NCBI GenBank assembly: GCA_905178155.1
Contig: CAJINV010000005.1
Location: forward strand, 860,564-924,563
Source: Amoebophrya sp. A120
Lineage: Eukaryota > Protista > Dinoflagellata
Length of the DNA: 64,000 bases
Direction: 5' to 3'
Below are positions 49,772 to 61,799 of this stretch, in pieces (within the stretch, counting starts at the first letter, position 1; each line of letters starts with the position of its first letter). The position numbers and the translations under genes are program-made. The notes under the pieces are model-generated. The model was not told the origin of the DNA, did no database searches, and was given only the letters and a program-made list of their open reading frames with translations.

Positions 49772-50419
49772 TGGATTTTTTTCTGGGGTCGTCGTGTGTG
49801 TTGAAGATATTAGGCCTATAGTGGGGCAAAACCAATCTGATGCTCGGGTTCTAGTTCTCGCAACCAGTGTTGCCAAAGTGTTTTCTTTGAAAGTACTCGC
49901 GGCTGCGCCTGCTAGTACGATGATGAAGTACTTGTTATTCTCTACATGCGCGTTCGCGTAGATACTAGCATACGAAAATCAAAAAGGCAACGCGGTTAAA
50001 GATGAAAGTACTTCTAAACATCTTTTCAATTTTTCGTGAAGCGATTTACAGTGTGTGTCGTGTAGAAGAATACTTGCTTCTTGTTCAGTCGTCCCTGTTA
50101 ATGCAGATTTTATTAAGCCATTGCAGAATCAAAAATTTCGATTTCTGGAGGAGGGAGTTGCGCAGTTCATACTCGTCGAACATTTTCAGCATACGTGCAT
50201 TTCTTGTGCACGCAACGAAACGCATAATTTTTGGCATACCTAGTCCTGTCCGGTACTGGCTCTCACTCAATTGCATTTCTGATCTGCAAGTCGTAGCCTC
50301 CTTGCTTCTGGTGCAGGTGGCCAATTCAAATAGCCGCCCATACCGTATCTTCTTGATATCTAGATCAATCTTATCGCAGCTGGGAGCAGCAGAACAGCAA
50401 GAAGATTTTCGCGTATGAA

Positions 50420-52330
50420 GGTCCCAGATTCGATCGTCTCAGTGTCCATCGGGCCGGAGCGGTATGTAAATACTTGCGAAAGCCTGCTAGCGGGGGCTGC
50501 GAGCCCGGCAAAAAGAGGCAGGCGCGGCGTGTGCAATGCCGGGTGCCAGCGTCGAAAAACAGCGAGACCGCAGGCGCGCGCCATATTAAAGAAAAATGGC
50601 TCTGCGGGGTGCCGGCCGTCGCCAGCGAGAGCAATGCTGCACGCAGCGGCGGGCGCGGCACGGGGGGCGCACACCAATCCGGCGCCGCGGCCACACGAGG
50701 GCCGGGCCGCCACTTAACAAACCAACCCGCCGGCGGACGCCTTGCATTCGCCGCGCCTGGCCGGGCAAGACTGCCGCAACACAGAGGGGGCCGCTGGGCC
50801 TCTGTTTCGGCGCGATAAGTGGGCCGCCCCGCGGCTTGTGCAGTTGTCTTCCTGGGCCTGTACTTAACGAGAGGCCCCGGGAAAACGCCGCGCGGCGTGC
50901 CATTCTCCGGCCCCCCGGCCCAGTTGTCTCGGCTGATGTATACGACGGCGTCCTTCGAAAAGGGCCCGAAGGCCCTTCGTTTTGGCAATATACAGGGCCG
51001 CGGCCGCCAAATGCCGTCGGCGCCGCGCCGCCTGCACGCTTCTGGTCGCCATCACGCGGGGCGCAGCTTTGCCCAGGCCCGGCCGCGCACATCGGCCACA
51101 AGTGACGCCGCGCCGGGTGCTTGCTAGGAGCGCTACTACTCCCGCCGCCGCTGCTCTGTAAGCTCCCGGGTTGCGCTCACTCTTCTCGGGCATCGGCGTC
51201 GCACCAAGCTGCAGCGTCGCCCTCCTGCTAAAAGCGAGCAGAGGCGCCGGGGAGTAGAGCCGCGAGAAGCCGAACCCCTCGCCCTTCATTTCTTCGTAGC
51301 GCCGGATAGCATCGAGCGCGACTTCGCCCCTGGAGGTATCGTCCTCCAGGAGCGACTTGTCCGGCTTCACCATTTCCGGCCTTCGCGTCAGGGCCGCAGG
51401 GAGGTCCGAAAGCCCCCAGCCCCCCATTGCTGGGGACGGCCTCCCATTTCCCCCGGCTCGCGCCTGCTTGCCGCGAAGCGCCCGGGGCCGAAGCCAAGCC
51501 CGTAGCGGCGTGCGAACCGACAAACCGAGGCCGTGCCCCGTTGCGAAATTGGCGATCCGAGGCAGCCCCGCGGGGCTTTTTCTTATTTTACGAGAAGAAA
51601 GCGCCCGGCTACACCGCCATCGGTTGAGAGAGTCGCGGCATGGACGCCGCCGATGCCGGGGCCCCCAGGCAGGAAAGGCAAGACGCGGAGCGGTGCCCCC
51701 CTCAAGCCCCTCCCGGAAGGGGCCGCGGGCGCGCCCCCGGAGCAAAGTCCTCCGGGGTCAGCGACGGGGTGCGTCCCGGGCTGTCCAGCGGCGGCCCGCG
51801 GAACAGCTTCGGAACCTCGGAGGGCTCGCGTTTCTCGGCCCCCGCCCCTTTGTACCGGGGCGGGCTAGGCCAAGGCGGTAGCCCTTGGACGGGGTGTAAG
51901 GGTGGCCATCCCGCCCCCAGGTCTCCAGCAAGCGGCTAGGTTCTTCAGCATCTTCGGGGCCCGTGGCCCCCTCTTCCGCCTCCCTTTCCCCGGCCTGCTT
52001 CTTGAGTTTTCCGATTTCCACAGCGGCCTCCTCCATGTGCTTGCGGGCCCGCTTCCCCTCGCGGCCTTCCTGGCGAAGAGCCAGGCGAAAGCGGGCCCGT
52101 TGCTCGATGTGTCCGCGGATGTTCTCAGCGCGACGCTGCCGGCGCTGGGCGCGCGCCCGCTCCCGCGAGCATCGTCGCAGGCCTGTCCCGACCGCTCTGC
52201 GCTGGAACACCGCGCGGGCGCGCTCGTCGTTCCGCTCTTCGCGGGCGTCGGCGCGGGTTGCCACGCTTTGCCTTTTTCGGTTTTGCGCTAAAGCTCGAAA
52301 AACCTAAAAAACTAAGGCGCTACAGCTCTA
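50420..52330 (-). mobile_element. GC-rich intergenic island with broken reading frames; probable degenerate transposable element
   Basis: Abrupt GC enrichment relative to the flanks. Minus-strand ORF fragments (51758-52264, 50864-51745, 50371-50988) lie in shifting frames. No introners and no clear domain. Boundaries are approximate. Confidence 0.4.
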
Positions 52331-52586
52331 AAACTCAGAAGCTCAAGGGGCTAAGATCTTGAGCAATGGCAGAAGTTTCGGCAGGGCCTGGCCTGCGACG
52401 ATGCAAAGCTGATAACTATCACACTCGCAGCCAGCACACCGTGTCGGCACAACTGAACATCACAGCTCAGCACCGGACTTCATCGAGGCGCGCAAGTGTG
52501 CACGCGCTACACGCATGATTTGCTGCATGTACATGCTGCATTTCAAAAAGTCTCTTGTCGCAAAATGGTTCAATATTTCATAAGCA

Positions 52587-54200
52587 TCATCTTATTCTCC
52601 AGATTCCAGTCAAGTAGCACATCCTGATTTTAAACATGTCTTTCAGCATGCTCAGCGTCGCAGACACTATGCTCAACTTCGACCCGGGGACTTCATGCCA
52701 CGTGACAGGCACTTCCGCGATGGAAAGACCGAACTGCTGTGCGAGAACCTGAAAGGTTAATAGTATTGCAAAATCCTTTTGAAACAACTACCGAGTATCA
52801 CAACCAAACCCCCGCCGAGATGCAAAATTTTTTAACTATCCAAAGCGACATCAAGTGCCTCAGCAGCATCTATACCACCAGCTCCAGGTCGAAGGCCCAC
52901 CGCTGTATGTGCAGGTTCCGAAACAGCTTCTCGGCCGCGTCCGCCGTGAACAGTTTAAAACCGCACTGCGTGTCGTGTATCGGCTGGCCGTTCGCCGTGA
53001 TGAGGAGCCGGACGAGAAAGTGCAGCCCCCACATCAACACGTTCCGGTACCAGGCTCGCTTCACCGTCGCCTCTTGCGACAGGTGGTGTCTGCTGCCGAA
53101 TGCGATTTGATGCTGCTGGTCCTCGTGTCGACGTTGTACACCTTCTACGTAGTTCTCCTGCACGCCTTCCGAGGTCTTTTTTGTCCCCTCTGCTGCGACT
53201 CCCGCCCCCAGCTGCTTCTCCAACTTCGCTAGGTCGGAAAATTTGGTGGCCCCGTCCGCGTCCACCATCAAGCGCCTCTCGCCGGTCGCGGACAGCATGC
53301 CGACTCGCACCGCGAAGCCCTTACCCCGGTTTTTCCGCAGCTTCACCACCTTCACGGTCTCCCGGTCGTACGTTTTCAGCACCATCAGTGCCCCGCTGTC
53401 CTCGCTGCCGTCGTCGACGACGATGATCTCGTACGACTTTTTACTGGTCGCGCCGGTCGGCTTCCCGTACGTCGTTTCGAGAAAGTCCAGCGTTTCCTTC
53501 ATCATGATCGGCAGACGCTCCTGTTCAGTTTTTATTTTGTCTTGTTCCAAGAAAAGGAATATCTCAAGTTCGTACTTCTGGTGTTCCACCTGCATGTGCT
53601 GGACGACAACTACTGGAAAGCGCTTTTAGGTGAGTGACAAATGGAAAAAATGCACCCAAGCTGCGTGTTACTTTCACCCAATAAAACACGATTCTTCACT
53701 ACCTCCTCGTTATACGCAGGTATTATCACGGACAGGCCGACCTTTGTCTCCGCCGCCGTCGCGTTTGCCTTTCCGAGCAAATGTGGCGCGATGTAATATT
53801 CGGGATCCAGTTGGTCAACGAGGGCTCCTTCCGGCACCGCTTCCTGGGACAAAAGCAGCCAGAAAACCATGCCGATCAGCACCGCTTATCCTGTGTAAAA
53901 ACATACCCGCCGACGTCCCAGAGTTAAGGTAGAAGAAGCATCAAGAACATTGCTATGTATAGACAAATTCAAACTAAGATAAGAAGCTCCCGGGGATCTT
54001 CTGCGTGTTGACAACTTTGGGCCCACAAGCACAACGTAGTCGCGCCCGGGCATGCAATAGATTTGCATGACAAATGAATGTGGGCTAAAAAGCAGGCGCG
54101 TTTTTACACAGGATACCGCAACGATCGCAACTACGATGGAGGAAACGACGCTAGACGTCGACATGGAGAGCGATGCGGAGGCTCCGGCGGTGGTCGACAT
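52587..54200 (-). CDS. ALG5: Dolichyl-phosphate beta-glucosyltransferase (GT2)
   Basis: N-terminal TM, LSVIIPAYNEE, YEIIVVDDGS, NRGKGFAVRVGML, DADGATKFSDL, AFGSRHHL, DTQCGFKLF, RWAFDLEL, EVPVTWHEVPGSKL, YLTGIW. Confidence 0.93.
53887..54115. mobile_element. Family B-like introner, 229 bp
   Basis: TATCCTGTGTAAAAAC / GTTTTTACACAGGATA; TSD CCGCT/CCGCA (4/5). Join VAIVA-VLIGMVFW. Confidence 0.88.
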
Positions 54201-54486
54201 TTTTCTTGTTGTCACTTCGGTGAAGCCGGAAATGAGCTTGATGGTTGTTCAACTGCGATGCTTTAAGCCTGGCAAGCGTTCAACACGACAAGTGCAACTA
54301 TGTGCGTCTTGCACCACAAGCCACCCATCTACCGTGGCGCTTTGCGACACTGCGGCCCTCTTCTCCGCGACCGCGACATTCTACACGATTATATTCGACC
54401 GTCGTTGCTAGTAGTTGTACTTGCAGCCTACCGGATTCTTTCTACTTATTTCCGCACAGCAGCTTGTTCATCTATATAGACTTAAA

Positions 54487-57400
54487 TCAGTCCACCTTTT
54501 TGTTGCTCGAATAAGTAGTGGCGTCACCTTCATCTTTCCCAGCCTCTTGATCCGGCTTCTGCTCCGCAATGCTCGTGTGCTTCAAGTTGGGGAATTTGTT
54601 GCCATTGCAATGCTATCCTGTGCAAAAGTATCGTACTCGTATAAATGCAAGGCTTGCATTACAAATCTTTCCATCAAGGTAAAACCGCATTACAAATTCC
54701 ATTTCTAATGCTGAGGAAATTTGTATTGCAATTCATACTAGTACGATGCTTTTGCAGTTCATAAATGCTGGAAGTAGGTGAGAAGCAAATACTCGCAGTA
54801 ATCCAGGCCCAATTGCGTGAGAAAGAAGAAGATCGGGAGGGTGAACAGTAGCTGTCTTTTTGTCGGCAAGAACAGGGACGCAAACGACAATCCGAGCATA
54901 CTTAATTACCACGTCACGTACGGATCAATTGCGCAGAGTAGCTTTTTTTTTCGGAATCCAGATGTTGACCAGCGCACGCAGATAGCATCGCATCGATCCA
55001 AAAAGTCAGCACTTACAAGCTGACGGAAGATCGTGTTCACATTTCGCACAATTCTTTCGAAGGACTCTTTGAAAACATGGGGGAACAAAGTACTCAGTTA
55101 GAAAAAACCGCCTCCGCGTTTTTGTACTATCGCCTGCATCTTCATGAGTTCACAGGGATCGATTGGATGCGCCACGGGATGCATGTTTTTTGTTTCGCAG
55201 AAAAAGTTCACTGAGTTTCTTTCTCTTTTGCTCCTTCGCTGTTTTTCGCAGAAGATCGCTGACTCCAAAAACATCACCATCAGTAGTGTTCGCTCTTCTT
55301 CTCACTCTTGTTACAAGCCTGCTGGTTGTAATGTGGTTGATTGTGTTTCTCCATTTGCATCTGGTGCAGCAGTAAAATCCACCATCCCCTGCAGAAAAAA
55401 ATAGGCCGTGTGGTTCTGTCGGAACGGAAGTACAACCAGAATGTCGTCCCCCTCCCCCGGTGTCGACGTCGCGGACCGATAGTTCGGCTGTCTACTCCGA
55501 TTGGTCCTCGAGCTTCTTCGCTTGAAAATCGTAATCGATATCCAAATGCCAGTACCACGATACCCAGTTCTCCAAATAGGCCGCATAGTTCTCAAACGGC
55601 GGTGTAGCTGGTCTTCTTGCATCCACGATGGCAACGTCGCCGCTCGCTTCCGCATCCCACCACATCCATTTCGCGACATCCACGTCGTCGTACATCAACG
55701 CGACTCGTTGCGCCGGGTTGCTGCACGCATTTGGAGCAGCAAGGTCGAAATACGTTCCGCACTGCGGGAGCGCTGCCGAATGGAAGTAGTATACATCCCT
55801 AACCTGCGACTTCATGTCGTGGTTTATTGCACGAAGATCGCCCAAGGGGCGGTGCCAAGCGAGCATCGCAGGAAAGAAGGGGAGGCTCCACACGAGCAGC
55901 ATCACAACCACCTCGAAGGAGTACAAAAGGCGTGGCAGCAGGAGACTCGTGTCTGTAGGTACCAGCGTCCCTCCCGCAACCCGCACAATCCTCGCCGAAG
56001 ACTCGCGGCCGTCACCTCTTCTTGTTTTCTTCGATACCGTTAGCAAAAGAGAAAAAAAGGCGCAGCCGAAGCCGCTGACGAATGCGAGCAGAACGGTCCC
56101 CACCCTGAAACGATAAATGCTGGGATGTGATGTCTCCTGCGGGTACACGCCGTGACATTCCGAAAATGGAGTTGCGAACAGTTTCGTCGAGAGCCGTCGG
56201 TCAAGCCGACGGTTCGAAAAATAGTCGTCTACCGCGCCGCCCGGTTTCCTGAATAAATTGCCGGCGTTATCAAAATCAAAAATCTCCCCTCCCCATATCT
56301 TTATCAAAGTGGAAACCTGTGCTGCGGCACTTGTGTGCATGTCTTGCGGTAGAGGACTGCACGCAGATCCTAAGCCTAGGCGGGGGCCTCTTGGTGTAGG
56401 CACCTAGCATGGCAGCCGTCTGTCCTGCAGGACGACTTGCAGCGTTACAAACCGCCTGCATGACGCGGCGAACTCTCTGCCTTTGCCTTCTTGCATGACA
56501 AAGCGGATTTGTGGTCACGAATCTGCATCACAAATTTTCGGAAGGATGCGCTTTCAACATGGGAGGGGCGGATTTTTCATCACAATAGATGTTGACGCCC
56601 TCGCCGACGAAAAGTTGCAGAGTCTCAGAGACTATCAACTGCAAACATGTCTGGGTCTGGAAGATTTCTCGATTTGGTTGGTTGATTGGGTAGCGCCTGT
56701 CGCCGGTGCACGTCCCGCCCTCTATCGATTGCGATCCGGAGTAGCCGGAGCACAAGGCCCCGGGACACAATTCGTCATGCAGCTTTTCGTCCAAGCTCCC
56801 CCAAGTCGGAAAGCATCACAGGTTCTGCAGCCCCTTGGTGATGCCTATTATGCATGAAGAAGGCCCTCTCAGCATGGCCCGAAGTAGGGGTAGGCACCTT
56901 TTGAGAGTCATGCATCAACGATCTTTGTGTGATCCGCAACAACAGGCATCACAAGTTCGGATCCTTCCAGACCCAGACATATTTGCAGTTAATAGAGAAA
57001 AGAAGCACACCGATTGATATTCCCGCCAATCCGCCGTGGATGGACTTTAGCCACCATTGATTTCGCACCCAGAAGGCTTCTTGGGCACTGGTAATGGGGG
57101 CGCTGCGCGTACTGGTGGCGCTTTGGTGCGGATCGCGATCGCCCTGCGACGTGTGGGAGTGTGTGACGTCCTGCTGTTGTCCGGACCCGACCGTAGGAAT
57201 CGCCGCGACCAAGATGAAGAGGATGTTCGGAACCAGTAACCAAACCATCCGGGCCGCCACCTCCTCCAGAGAACCGGCCTCAATCAAACCGGTCTGGGAA
57301 TTGGCAAGATCGTTCGTGTCGGCTCCGTTCCCCGGACACCACAGCGGGTACAGGTTGAAGGTGTAGCGACTGAGTATCGTGGAGAACGCATAGCAGACGA

Positions 57401-59201
57401 GACAGGAAGCCCATATCTTTCCCTGGGCCGAGCTGTGACTACAGCACACGTTTGACAGGGTACCCTGGTCGACGAAATCTTCCGGGAGGAAGTAGTAGGT
57501 CTCGGTTTCGACGTCGGCCCCGGCTTGTCCTCCGGGCTCCAGCTGCTGCTGCTCCCGTGATGTTTTATCTATCATCGTCCTCGCCCGCCGCGCCGTCGTG
57601 GGGAGAACCTCTAGTGTGTTCTTCATCGACCTGCTGGCTAGGGAAGTCCACCGTGGTCGGAAAGAAAACCTGGACCGACGGGAGAATCGTTCCGGCTACC
57701 ACGGCAATGAACCCAACGACCAGCAAAATGATGGAAGTAAGACTCCTCGCGCGAATCCGTGCGATGGTAAGGGCGAGCAAACGCTGCAAAATGATTTCGT
57801 TAAGCGAGCCCGCGTTGCGAACGTGAACAAAGCGGCTCTCCGTCGCGTTCCGTTCCTCCACGAACCGCTTCGCCGTATCCTGTGTAATGACGTCCCCACG
57901 CCTGAGTTGTCGCGCAAATCTGCATGCATAAAATAATGTTTCCCATGCGCAGCCACATGAAAGGCATTTGCTGATAAATGCTATCTGGGTGGAACTTGTC
58001 AAGCTAGAATCAGGATAAGCTATATCGATTTCTCACGCGGCTGCACCAGCTCAAGAGGATTACACTACGAACCCAAACTTGTCATTCTAAACAGAAGTGC
58101 GGCACACTTTGCCTCCCCCTGTGCAAACGGCCGCAGATGGCTGTCACGCAGGGAAGGTAGGTCAGGCGCAACAGCCAAAACTTGTTGGTTTGTGTAGCGA
58201 AGTCCCCATGATCTTGCGTCTAGGGAGGTGGGGACGTTTTTACTAAGCAGGATACGCCGTAGCGCTTTGATCTGCCTCCTGCTTTGCGCGCATCGCCCGC
58301 AGCTCCTGCTCCACATGTATCCTACAGAAAAGCCCTCCAACGGTACCAGAAAAAAAATGAATCTGTGTTAGTGCCGTTTGCTGCTTGAACTTGCTTCGAG
58401 ATAATTGTTCGCCGCCTTGTATGTAATTTAGAGACCTCCACAAGAAAGGCAAATAACTGTCCGTCGTCCAGAGTGCACTTTGTGGCGCAGTTTAGCTAAT
58501 AGACGGGTACTTCTACTTACCGAAAAAGTTCGCCATGCCGAACGGCCAGCTCTTTTGTGGTGCACCACGAACGAGTAGTTCTAGTTTTTTCTTTTTAATG
58601 ATAAAGGAGTTCTTTTCTGTGGCATACTTTGCTGCAGCTGCAGTGCGAGAGCTTGCACTGCCGGATCATCAGTCCTGGAAGCAGTGGTGGTCGTCGCGGC
58701 ATCTATTTTCGACGGGTCTCGGATTCCTTCCTGTTCTCGGTCTGCTTGAGGAGAGGCAGCGTCGCCAGCTTCCGCCAAGTCGGCGTGCAAAAATTCTAGC
58801 ATCTCGCTTGTCCCAGGTTGCACGGTACTACCGCTAGCCGTCTCGTCTTCCTGGTCCGCCGTAAACCTCGACGAGTCCTCGCTGCCGATTGCGGGCAGCA
58901 CACTTTCTGTGCTAGGGTCCTGTGGTGCGTCGTCGGTCCGAATAAACCCATATGTCGGTGACGTTCTTTTGACTGTTTTTGGTTCGCTTTCGCCACCTGG
59001 CTGCAGCACAAATGGCGTTTCAGCTTCGTGCCGGCGCGCGTGCTCATCGTGATTCGGTCTCGACCGGGGGACAGTCGGACGACTCAGCCGGGACGCCAGC
59101 AAGTGTTCCTCTTTCATCTCCTCACCCGCCTCTATTGCGCCATTACACGGGACCAAGAGAAGCAGAAACAGAAGTGCTCCACCAGTGGGGAATCTTCTCA
59201 T
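54487..59201 (-). CDS. Multi-exon hypothetical membrane protein with signal peptide
   Basis: Signal-like MRRFPTGGALLFLLLLVPCNG; several hydrophobic exon ORFs joined in frame across four introners; terminal exon ...SSNKKVD*. Joins near 57570 and 54900-55490 are unresolved, so this may be more than one gene. Confidence 0.55.
54614..54763. mobile_element. Introner family F, 150 bp
   Basis: Family F TIRs; TSD AATGC. Join LTYFQH-CNGNKF. Confidence 0.88.
56268..56587. mobile_element. Diverged (B-like) introner, 320 bp
   Basis: TATCAAAATCAAAAATCTCCCCTCCCCA / TGGGAGGGGCGGATTTTTCATCACAATA; degenerate TSD GGCGT/GATGT. In-frame join GEGVNI-GNLFRK. Confidence 0.7.
56633..56994. mobile_element. Introner family A, long variant, 362 bp
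   Basis: Family A TIRs; TSD GAGAC/GAGAA (4/5). Join GVLLFS-ETLQLF. Confidence 0.87.
57876..58254. mobile_element. Introner family B, long variant, 379 bp
   Basis: Family B TIRs; TSD CGCCG. Join DQSATA-KRFVEE. Confidence 0.88.
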
Positions 59202-60265
59202 CCAGCCCTCCGACGGGAGAGACTTGTGGCGACGCAACCGCACTGGTGGACGACCCCGGTCCTGTGCAACGCGCGTCGGCTTGCACTGCATCTTGATCAT
59301 CCTCGTCAAGACTTGATACCAAGTTCTTGAAAGTCGATGAATCTCAAGGGCAGAAAAGGAAAACAAACTCACTGGCGCAGAGAAAATATCCGCCGAAGGC
59401 TGCAAGATCTCTGTAACTTTGGAGTCACCTGGCAACACGTCAGAAGCACGTACAATAGACAGATGAAATACACTCCGGTCAAGTAGTGGACCGACACGGG
59501 GAGGAGTGCCATTTCCAACAAATCAAAGTCGCGCCTGAAATAACCAACCGACTCTACTGAGACAAACTACGCGCTGGAGTCCCTCAGAAGATAATCGTAA
59601 AACTCACCGCAACGGCAGGACAAGAACACGTCAGAAACGCCCACAGCAGACCACAGAAGAGCGACACAGAAGTTTGTCATTGCATACGACATACTTGTTG
59701 AAAAGTTCATGGCGACTCAGAAGTTCTTGTGACGTAATTGATACATGATACAGTTGACTTCTGTCACGGTTGTAGTAGATTCGTTTATTCATTCCTCACC
59801 CACTTTTATTTGACACGATTAGCATCGACGGGTGGTTCAAGTAGAATAAGCAAAGAGTTGAATACTGATTGACAATCTGAAACTACACTCTACATGTATA
59901 TCGGTGTTCATGTTCCGCCCCTGTAGAAGATAATATCGGTGTTGATGCAGTCTGCTTGTTGTACAAGGGTTATTATAGAAGTTTTGTGTCGTGTAAGTGA
60001 AATTCAGGCAAGCCCGAACCGTCGGCGACGTCGAGTCCCCCCGATAATGCGTGCGGGCCGGCTGCTCTTTTTTCCCATCCCAAGTAGTCGGACTGCGTCG
60101 ACCGCCTTGAGAAGTTCCTACTTACTTCTTCTATTTCGCTGCTCTAAAAGTTCTTGTCTTAGTATTAAGTCTGTTCATTCTTACATTACAAAGTGTACAA
60201 CCCTTATCGAGCCAAAACTCGCAAGGAATCTCGAATCCTTCGGAGCAGCACCAACCCGATCGCAC

Positions 60266-60402
60266 TTACTGGAACATGTTCGGGTTGCCGCCATTGGCCT
60301 TGGCCACCGCGTACCGATTGTCCCAATCCTTACAGTTGTCCGGATTCACGCACGGGCTGCCGTACAAGCAGCTGCAGCCCTCCTTCATGGTCGGCAGCTC
60401 AC
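60266..60402 (-). CDS. Small terminal exon or ORF with a Cys-rich motif (not in the ORF track)
   Basis: After a GCAG acceptor: ELPTMKEGCSCLYGSPCVNPDNCKDWDNRYAVAKANGGNPNMFQ*, with coding-like third-position G/C. Upstream exons are unresolved. Confidence 0.55.
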
Positions 60403-61799
60403 CTGCGTCACGAAAAATTGGGTGTCGTTTTCCTATTTCATCTTGAGGGGACAGGGTTTGGATTGGACCTCTTAATAAACCGCTATTTTTGCGTTTTCTT
60501 CTTCATGAAAATCTGCAAGAAACATCAAATCAAAATGAACAAAGAGCCCTGGTATGTGCGGAGCAGCGCGGCGCGTGTTCTTGGAACCGCGAAAAAACCT
60601 TCAGGGTCATCTGGCGCACGCAGCATCGGGTAGCCGCAATCTATCATGTCTACTTCGACGGCTCATTATTCTTGTGTGGCGCGGCGCGAGTGGGAGTGCG
60701 GCGGCTGGCGCGTTCGTGTTCGTTGTCCTGCAGCGGTAAGCGCGTTCAAGTTTCGCGTAGGACGCGCGGCGCAGTGAATTCAATCATTCGGTCGTGGTTC
60801 ATCTGGTTACTTATCCTGCGGCGGTAAGCCTCTTGACATTTCGTGAGGGACGCGCTGCGCGATGCGGGGCAGCAATTCATCGTCTGTCGGTACAGACAAG
60901 GGCGGTACTCTGTTTCTCTTCTCCTGCTTAGCGCAAATCGGGGCGGCGCAAATCGGGCCGGCGCACACGCCGCGAGGCAAAAAGAACAGCATGTATCACT
61001 ATTGCAACTTATAGGCAACTTATGTTTTACGCTGCTACAGATTGTATCCAAATTTGAATTCCATTTCGCAGCCTCAACATGTTGAGGAAGCGCGCGGGCA
61101 AGTGTCATGGCAGGACTGCAAACGTCTCCGAGAGCACCGACACAATTGTATTTTTTGTAGCACACAGAACAGCGAGGCGCAGCGGGCGGAAGCAGAGCTG
61201 GACAGCAGGGCATCGACGACAATTATTTCGGTATTAAACTTCTTTCCTGCGCAGTTCTCTAACCGGACATTTTTTTCTGCTTTCCCAGATGGGGCTACAT
61301 TAACTCGATAGCTCGCTCAACTTCAGCTTTTACAAGAATTCGCATCGTGGCAAGAAGGCCTGGGCGCGATAAAATTAAACTGCCCCAGGACCACGCGATC
61401 TTCATTTACTAGAGTGAGAGTTTTGACAGATTGGAGAGACAACTGGATAATTCTGAAAGGGTTCATCATGTTCAGTTGCGGCACTGGCAGCATGTTGTAG
61501 TGTGGGCGCGCGAGACAGCGAACATGTAACGCTGGTTTAGAATGTGTTGTGTCAGATCATTTCAATTTGGGAATTCTAAAAATCTGTTGACGTAATCTTG
61601 CTGTATCGGGCGCGCGCATGGTAGGTAGGTACTGACGCCTGCGAGTGGCGTGTAATGGTCATTTTGTCTTGCGAAGGGCGGGCGAGCGGGCGCAGCGAGT
61701 TCTTCTGCGGTCGCGCGGCTATTATTCGTCTTGCCTTCCAAACGACAAGAGGTATTCTTCAGTACCTAAGATGAGCGACAAACCAGTCCTTTGTATGGT

